Origin: Octopus vulgaris
Taxonomy: Eukaryota
DNA length: 64,000 bases
Direction of reading: 5' to 3'
Assembly: GCA_951406725.2 (NCBI GenBank)
Contig: OX597825.1
Coordinates: 35,464,001-35,528,000, forward strand
Shown: positions 55,599 through 64,000 of the stretch, piece after piece
How the letters are laid out: the number at the start of each line of letters is the position of its first letter
Position numbering within the stretch: position 1 is the first letter of the stretch
Made by a program: the position numbers and the translations under genes
Notes under the pieces: generated by a model
Told to the model about the DNA's origin: nothing
What the model saw: only the letters and a program-made list of their open reading frames with translations
Database searches by the model: none

Positions 55599-57700
55599 TA
55601 AATTTTAGTTTTTGACTTTACACATACACACACACGTAAATAAATCATACAGATACAAACATAATTTAAACCATGTAATTTGATGAAACAGTGGAAGATT
55701 ACAATTTATTGTGGTTTCAAAGGACAAATTATCAAAAATTGTAATAAAAGCCACCAGTAAACATATTGCTTACGTAATTGCAGTAATGAGCAAAAGGTTA
55801 TGAGAGGGAATAATGTTTAATAGGAGGCAAATGGAAAAGAGGAATTTTAATATGTCACGAATTAAAACAGCTCAAGATATAAGTGAATGATTGCAGATAA
55901 AAATAAAATGAAATGAAATGAGAGACTCAAAGAAAATAGATAAAATGAAATGAAATTGCATGAATGGTGTATAAATAAACATGTATTGATGCATAAATTA
56001 CAATATGATAAAAACTGTGGAAATAAACACACTGATAAAAGTATTTGGGACATGTGTGTGGGTTTTACAGAAAACCTTTAGGAGAAGTGTCTGTATAAAC
56101 AACAGTGAGTCTGTTGTTTAATGAGGTTAATGACATTTGATGACTTCTTTGAATCATTTGTAAAATGAGCAGTTTTACAGCCATTGCATTGTTTCAGTAT
56201 GGTTAAGTGTAGTGCGTTGTTGATTATGAAATCTAAAATTTAAGTTCCAAACCAATGAAGTTGAACATCAAAAGATAAAAAGTGAGCAATGGCTTCAAAT
56301 CTTGAGTATTTTAAATTATATGAAGGCACAGGCATGGCCATGCAGTTAAGAAGCTTCCTTCTCAACCATGAGGTCATGAGTTCAGTCCTACTGTGCAACA
56401 CCTTGGGCAAGTATCTTTTACTATAGCAATAGGCCGATCAAAGCTTTTTGAGTGGATTTGATAGACAGAAACTGAAAGAAGTCCATTATGAAAATATGTA
56501 TGTATGCATGTATGTACATGTGTGTGCATGCATGTGTATCCTTGATTAGACATCACATGATTGTAAATGAGCATTGTCATCATACAAGCAAGATTGTTTG
56601 TTTCTAGTCTTTCATAAAATACAGGTCTGGCCCAGGGAAAATATTACCCTGTTTGGAAACAGGTGGGATTTGGCAAGAGGAAGGATATCCAGTCATAGAA
56701 AATTTGCCTCAACAAATTCTGTCTGACCCATGCAAATCATGGAAAAGTGCAAATTAAATGACAATGATGATATATTTTTGAGAACAAGTGTAATACAAAA
56801 TAACATTGAATGTCAGATAATTAAATAACACAGTGAAAGTAAAGAACTGTGTGAAATAAGAACCAATGTATGTATAATATGTTTTTTCCTTGCATTGTAC
56901 AATCTCAAATTAGATTATTACATTAAGTGTAGTAAGGTGAAGAATGTTATATTCAGTAGCAGATTTGAATTGGTGAATTCATTTATAAATCACATAAGTT
57001 TGAAAGAATCACATTAATTATAAATGAGCTTGATGTAATGGTGATGCATTACACTGAAATCCAAGATCTAAAGGTCTTTTTTTAGAAAAGGTCATCAAGT
57101 TAAGAACAAAAGTGCCAAGAAAGAAATTTATAGTAGAAGATTCAGTAGTATTGTTGATATAAATATATGCAGGTATGGGTATGTTTTTAAGATAATAAAA
57201 TGATATATTGCTTTAATTAGGAAAATGAGCCAATATTAATAATAGAATAAGAATTAGACTATCAGTGGTGTGTATATTATATTAAATTAATTATGAGATG
57301 CATTATTAATCATGAAAGTTCTTTACAGTTTAATTTATATAGATTACACTGAAACTGTAAATACCATAAACCTTCTTCAGAAGTATAACTGTCTGTATAT
57401 TGAATATATATAGATTATTTTACTTAATTTTCTTGGTGGGGTGGATATACTGATGTACGAAGTTTATATTCTTCAGTAACTTATAAATAACTTAAAATAT
57501 TTTAGCATACATATTTATATATACAGCTTGAGGTTAGTTCAGAACTTCTGTAGAGAAAGGGTAGGAGATTTGAGAACAATATCTTGCTTGTATGGTTTAG
57601 TGACACAAACCAATTTCCATTTAATGCTATAGTTTACCTCTTGATATTTAGGGGGTCTCTAGGGAACTTTTCCAGCCAATCTTTCAATGAAGTTATAGTC

Positions 57701-57950
57701 AACAAGAGCACTCAGAGTGCGCAAACCTCTGTCAAGGCAACACCAATGTCCTCTCAACAATTAACCAGAGATGATTTTTAAAATGAGAATATCTCAAATA
57801 AACTCAACTTATCTCACAAAGGAGAATACTGAAAATGAACCCGACTGCTCACAAAAATTAAGTAAAAAAAAAAACAAAAAAATAATCCAGAATCCTTGTC
57901 TAGTACCGGATCAATCCCAAAATCTAATCAGGTTGTACTAGTCACAAGGC
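57701..57950 (+). mobile_element. Helentron/HINE-like repeat fragment
   Basis: AACAAGAGCACTCAGAG...ACCTCTGTCAAGGC start and ATCCAGAATCC...CCGGATC...CAAAATCTAATCAG motifs resemble DINE/HINE cores (recalled, not searched). Confidence 0.35.
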
Positions 57951-58894
57951 CAAATAATGTTTTAAAGTAATGCAATAATGAGTATTATATAATAGATTCA
58001 CTGTAAACATTAGTTATAGAGAAAATGGCAATCCACACAAACTCATAAATATCACTTGGTATAACACTCCTTTTAATAAAAATGTCCCAATACTTGTTAA
58101 GCAAAATATTCTTTAAAATGTTTCCAAAACATTTCCCTCTTCACAGTCCCATACATATTGTGAAATTTTCAACAAAAACACTAAGTTTTCTATTTGACCA
58201 CACTAAACTTTTCGTCATCCTTGTTGAATAAGAACTAAACCAAATTATGATTCATCCAAATGTTTGAATGTATGATCTTTCAAATGCACCTCACCATAGA
58301 TACATCACAAAAGATGTTGACTGTGCAACAGTTAAAACAGAGACTATGTCCAAATTTTATATTGGATAAGCTAGTGTCTGTAGTTCTACATTGGTTCAGA
58401 AAGTGTTTCTGTGTTGTATCTATATTTTGAACAAATTGCTTTTAAACCAATATAAGATTTTGACATATGCTTTAACTGTGCACACCCAACAATAACTTTA
58501 GTATGCATCTATGTTTGAATGGACATTCTTGAGCGTATGCAGTTGCAGGATTGTATATTTTAGATGCTAGATGATTCGCTGTTTGGTTTACAGCCAATAG
58601 GGATTGCTAGATAATTGGTATTGTTGGATAAGAAGCTTTTATAGTACACTTATTTGAAATTTTATAATATGTAAGGCTTGGCAGACTGAGTTGATATTTG
58701 GAGCATTTCAGAGATTTTTTTTTTTTATCACAAGTATGGAAACATTTTTATTAAAAAGAGCTGTATTTAGTGATATTTCTTTTCATATTGTGCCATGTAA
58801 AATTATAAAAATTTCTTAATTTGTGATGGATGCTGAAATTAGGTGTCTAATAGTGCTCTATACCAAAATGTGAAACTTCTTTGGTGAAGATAGT

Positions 58895-58980
58895 TTTTCC
58901 TGATGAAAGGGCCATTGCTGGTTTGGTGTTTTAATGTGTAAATGGATTATGGCAGTGGCTACTGAAACAGCTGTAGACTT
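58895..58980 (+). ncRNA. Hammerhead ribozyme-like motif with long stem II (antisense to SNX intron)
   Basis: CTGATGA (58900) aagg GCCATTGCTG ... TGGCAGTGGC tact GAAA CAGCTG TA; palindromic stem III ACAGCTGT; stem I is weak. Confidence 0.55.
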
Positions 58981-59498
58981 AATTCTTTCATGCACTTTAC
59001 GATGGTCATTATTCTGGATTCCTTTTACCTTTAATAGTTTAACTATCTTATTATTTTAATTTTTAGTCAATTTCATGTATTTTCTTCATACACGTCATTC
59101 TTTACAGGTTTTTCACATTTTTATATGTGTATATATGTATATTCTTATACCTTTGGGTTTTGTGTGCTGAACGCCCTGGTATTTTGATATGTATTTATGT
59201 TCAACAGTGTGAATATATGGGGATGATATAAAGTTGTTTCTTGAAGTTGTATTCTTGGTGTCAACCATAGCTGCTGCTTCTTTTTTAAAGTAAGGTACTT
59301 TATTTTATGTCCACACTTTGATCAGACTAACACCTGCTGCACTTTCACAATCAACCTGTTACACTTCTCCAATCCCTTGATACAGCCCTTCCAACTTTCC
59401 CACAGTGACTTCTACAGCTCTAAAACCATTTCTGACATACAACTATAATTTTATGAATTAAGAAGTAAAGTAAGATAATATTTATTAAGTTGATTTAC

Positions 59499-59642
59499 CT
59501 CTGTAATTTCTTGCTGGGCTTGAGATAATTTATCAGTTTTATGGGCCACTTCAAGACGAGCCTTGTTCTCTCGCTTTCTGGCCAACATCACTTCAGCATC
59601 CTTCCAGTTTTTATAACATTTGACACGTTCATGGAAAACATC
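59499..59642 (-). CDS. SNX2: Sorting nexin 1/2 coding exon
   Basis: ttgccag|GAT...GAG|gtaaat; 144 nt; DVFHERVKCYKNWKDAEVMLARKRENKARLEVAHKTDKLSQAQQEITE, collinear with the SNX1/2 BAR helices. Confidence 0.95.
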
Positions 59643-61130
59643 CTGGCAATTGGAGATAAAATATATCAAATATGATTAAACAAACATCCAGAAGGAATTA
59701 CAAAGAAAAACATTAAATTAATAACTGCATCACACACATACAAACTCTCTCTCTCTCTCTCTCTCAGAGTGAAATATATAGCTGGTTTACACTGATTTTA
59801 CAGCAGTTTTATTCATTGTAATCATTATTATCCTTACTTTAACTGATATTTCTCCATGTTGATACATATGCTGATTTGTATGAAATCCATTTGCAAGCAT
59901 TTTGTTGGGTTTCTCTACAGGGCAAAGAGTTTTAATTTTAAACAGCCATAATTCATGCCACTGTGTCAGAAGAACCATCAAGCATTTCTGTGACAATTTG
60001 AGGATGTATTTTTTCAAAAATTTGAAACCACAGACCAGAACTAAATGTACAGAAACTTTATAATATAAGTGAATCACTGACAACTGACAAAACTTCTGAG
60101 ATGACAAATTGCTTTATTTACTATAGCAATAGACACTAGGCTAAAAAAAATTTTAAAAAGATACAAACTGAATGACTTGATACATACAAATCTTAAAAGT
60201 ACTAAGCTCAAAAGTTATTGTCAGTATTAAATGATACACAAGCCTAATGAAATCTCTGAATTATTGTATCAATATGTATTGATTGCTGATCATTTTTATT
60301 TACAAATGACGAAAAATGTAGTTACTACATTAAATATAGTGAACAGTTGACAGTTTTGAATGTAACTAATTTTATATCAACAATTATTCAAACGAGTAGG
60401 GTAGGGTGGGAACTATAATATGTAAGTAAAAACATTCATAAACACATCAGAATGAGCCTACATTACCTACATTTGATTGGTTGCTGTAAAACCGTTATAA
60501 AATAGTCACACATTCATCTATTGAATAACAATATGCAGAACATACAATACATTTAGAATAAAAAGTACAGCATAGATTTCACGTGGGAAATAATCATCTA
60601 TTCATTTGCAAAAATATATTTGCAAGTCTTCATTAGCTTTTGATAATGAAGTTTTAGTGTTAATGAATCAAATCAGCATATAATTAAAAAAAAAAAAAAT
60701 CAAAAAAAATCATCTATTCAGCCACACTAAAACTGCACTAACAATTACTATTTTCTTTGCTTTCATGTTTTATACTTGATACCGAAAGCCTGGAAATATG
60801 CAATTTTTCATGTCAACAGATGAATATTTCACTTGTTCTTAAGATGAGAATTGAACAGATGATTCTGTGATGTATCTTCATGTGTTTGCGAATATTTTTG
60901 CCTATATAGCTGCTTCTTTACTTCAAATGTTTCAATAACTGACAACATGAAGTTTAGGATTATGATCCAAGGAGCTTAACCTAAATACACACACACGTAG
61001 AAGCACCAATTAATATTGGTTAAGTACACTAACAAATGCATAATGATTCAAGTTCTTGGTAACAAACAAACATCAAATACATTGTCACATAAAAAAATCA
61101 ATCAGTCAATTTGAAAGAGATAACACAAAC

Positions 61131-61336
61131 CTTCACTGACTGTATCAAGTTGATGTAATCCTTCAGCAGCTCCGAAATAACATAGTAGTCCTGGTCGGCT
61201 TGATCTTTATGCAACAGCTCTACTTTCTCTTCAGTCTCAGCTAACTGTGACAGGGCCCGTGACAAAGCTGTATGTTCTTCAGCATTGCCCAACATTGCAG
61301 CACTTTTGGCAAATTGACCAGTGCTTAAACACAACT
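61131..61336 (-). CDS. SNX2: Sorting nexin 1/2 coding exon
   Basis: ttttttcag|AG TTG...GTG AAG|gtttgt; 206 nt; [69 protein letters not shown] contains the SNX1/2 hallmark [24 protein letters not shown]. Confidence 0.97.
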
Positions 61337-62449
61337 CTGAAAAAAAAAGAGAGCAAAAAGGAATTTAACTTTCATAAAATAAAGGCATTTCATTCATTTT
61401 ATGTTCAATTTTCCATGCTAATATGGGTTGTACAAACACTTACTGAGGCAAAATTTTCCTGTAGTCACAAATCAACAGCACAGTGTCACAAAGGGATGTA
61501 AACATAACATCACTATTTAACTCATGATGTCCAGCAAGGATGTGTGGAATGTAAACATTTACAGACTCATACATTTAATGGGCTTCCTTATAGTTTCCAT
61601 CCACCAATTTCATTCAAAGGTAGTGATTAATCAAATACTATGATAGATGACACTTGCCCAGAAAGCTATGTGGAGGGATAGAATCTAAAAAAACGTCACT
61701 ATGAAGCAGATTTGATATCTACAAAGCCATGCCTGCACCATCATCTAATTCTTTTTCTACAATTTAACATCTTGACAATTATTCTAGTGTAGTCAGTATT
61801 TCTCTTGCAAGTTTGTACATGCTTATGGATTTTGGCATCAGTTACTCTAACAGCTGGCTACCCAAAGTCTACTGGTGCTGTGTTTCCTTCTCTTTACTGG
61901 ATTTTTAGTGTTTTAACCAAAAATCACATTTGTTGGTGAGAAAGGATCTTCTGATGCTGGGCCTCACTGAAGTGATAACAAAGGACCAAGACTTCTGGCA
62001 ATTTGCAGTGCTTGAGAAAACACATCAAGCTAAGTAAAATCAAGACAACCCATACATTCGGGTATGGCCGTAAAGACCATGCCTCCACTCCCTCTCCTGG
62101 CCAAGAGGTCTTTGTCTTGCAAGGGCCAGTGCTACATAAAATGTACATGTGCAAGTAGCATTTAAAAAGCACCTTGCACACATTGTAAGGTGGTTGACAT
62201 TTAAATGGGCATCCAGCAGTAGAAACCATGCCAAAAGAGACAATTGGGACCTCGTCAGCTCCTACCAAAACATCCAACCTATGCCAGCATGGGAAATGGA
62301 TGATGACAATGATGATAGTGATGACTAGCAGAATATATTAAAAAAATCTAGCTGGTCGCAGCTGGCATACCTTTGATCATAGATTTTGCTCAACTAAAGT
62401 CAAACTGAAATTAAAACAACACCATCACCACATTGGGGGCATTACTCAC

Positions 62450-62543
62450 CTCTTCGTTGTTGCACCAAGTTTTCTACACTTCTATGTAACTTCTGAAGCT
62501 GAGTGTCCAATGCCTCAACCTGTTGCTGTTTCTCTTCAAACCA
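62450..62543 (-). CDS. SNX2: Sorting nexin 1/2 (SNX-BAR), internal coding exon (most 5' exon in the window)
   Basis: Minus strand tttgcag|TGG...AGA G|gtgagt; 94 nt translating WFEEKQQQVEALDTQLQKLHRSVENLVQQRR(E), matching the start of the SNX2 BAR domain (WFEEKQQQ..LD.QL.KLH.SVE.LV). Phase 1 joins the next exon. Probably the single invertebrate SNX1/2 orthologue. Confidence 0.95.
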
Positions 62544-64000
62544 CTGCAAAGACAAACACAACACAGGCAACAGTATTAACAATGGTTCTTCAATGATTCC
62601 AAAGATGGTTTATAATTAAACAGAGAAAAAAAAAAGAATTTTATTTTAAAACAACAAACGACCAAAAAAAAAAAAAGAAATAATAATTATTGGAAATCAA
62701 TAAAATTTAGCTAATTCAATTACTGAAATGGACAGCATAGAAATGAATACAAACTCAATCAGTAAACATTATTCAGAAGATAACTATAGAAGCCAGAATA
62801 ATTTGTAATATATTACTGCAATGATGAATATAATGGTTTCTTAATTAGATAAGGTAGGAAGTGCTAAGTGTCTTGCTCAAGGATGCAACAGATATCTTGT
62901 AGCAGAATATAATACATTTATGACACATTCTGCCAAGCGGTCTGCATATTTTCTATTTTAACTCTACTTCTTTAAACACTTCATTATTACATAATAATTA
63001 ATAACAACAATAAGAGCAATTTCCTTTTTACGATTAGGCCAAAATAATTACATACATTAGGTACAAATATACATTAGATAGAAACACAAACAAAAGAAAG
63101 GAAAAGAGAAATTCTTGAGTTTAGTAGGATTAGTGGAATCACATAATTCTATTTAAACTTTGATGTTAATTTACAATAATTGAGCAAGACTTTACTAAAA
63201 ATAATTCCTGCATAGGAAGAGGGAAACTTGGATTTAGAGATATTCATGCTTCTCTTTAAAGTATCAGCAAAGGAGTGCGGAACATGAGAGAGAACAATAC
63301 TACATATTAGGTCTATTGAGTTTTCACTATTGCAATATGGTGGCCAATATTTTCTTCTTGTTTAATCTCAGGTCTTATCTGATTCAACAGACGTAGGATG
63401 AGAGGTGTTTCAGGCATGACCAGCCTATCTAGGACAACATTATTTTATGTCCTCTCTCCAACCGACTATTTTAAAGATGACAGAGTCTGATTAGAAGAAA
63501 ATTCAACTGTTATTTCTGGCAGGGAAGGTCTGTTTGCTACAATAAGCAGGATGAGTGACAACAAAGAAACTCAGATTTTCTTTCATTGTGCTTCAAACAT
63601 AAACACAAAACCTCAAGATCTCAGTGAAAGGGAAACAGTGATATCTATGCATTAGTAACTTTAAATGAACAATGTACTGGAGACATTTTTTCGAATATTT
63701 CTTTCATATATAAATATATAAAACAGTAGCCACAAGTATGGCTGTGTGACCAAGCACTTTGCTTCCCAGCCATGTGGTTTCTGGTTATCTGACTGTGCAG
63801 TCATGGGTTGACTAATGTTTTGGTAAGTGAATTCAATAGATGGATACTAAACAAAATTCTGCACATGTGAACGCACACACACACAAGCCTGTATGTCTAC
63901 ACTACATGTGAAAATACTCTGAGCTGCAGACAGTGATGTGTACGGACATTTTCCTGCCAATAAGTTATCAACTACTTCTGTGTTTTTGAAGTTCAGTGGA

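Noticed and set aside
55650-58860. Possible nested gene or LINE in the long SNX intron
   Set aside because: AT-rich with no ORF or motif I could recognise; a translated search would be needed.

Overview
AT-rich, microsatellite-dense eukaryotic DNA. The SINE and transposon repertoire suggests a cephalopod, probably Octopus (inference). Almost all ORFs in the supplied track are translations of simple repeats. The only clear host gene is the 3' half of a sorting nexin SNX1/SNX2 orthologue (BAR domain) on the minus strand, with five coding exons with canonical GT-AG borders from 62543 down to the stop at 50534. Bases 1 to about 48 kb are intergenic and full of transposon debris: a nearly full-length but disabled ZBED1-like hAT element, an internally deleted Chapaev3-like element, Tc1/mariner relics, R4/Dong-like and CR1-like LINE fragments, and several tRNA-derived SINE families. 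Notable non-standard signals: (i) a ~370 bp fold-back element with a tRNA-like cloverleaf at its tip (19066-19438); (ii) about ten minimal type I hammerhead-ribozyme-like motifs with palindromic stem III, as in Penelope-like elements and retrozymes; (iii) a ~1.8 kb palindrome centred on (TA)n; (iv) a ~2.9 kb duplication whose chimeric core looks like an assembly artefact; (v) a shift to CpG-depleted repeats at ~48 kb, consistent with gene-body methylation, including a CpG-eroded tRNA-Asp pseudogene. All calls were made by eye without database searches.
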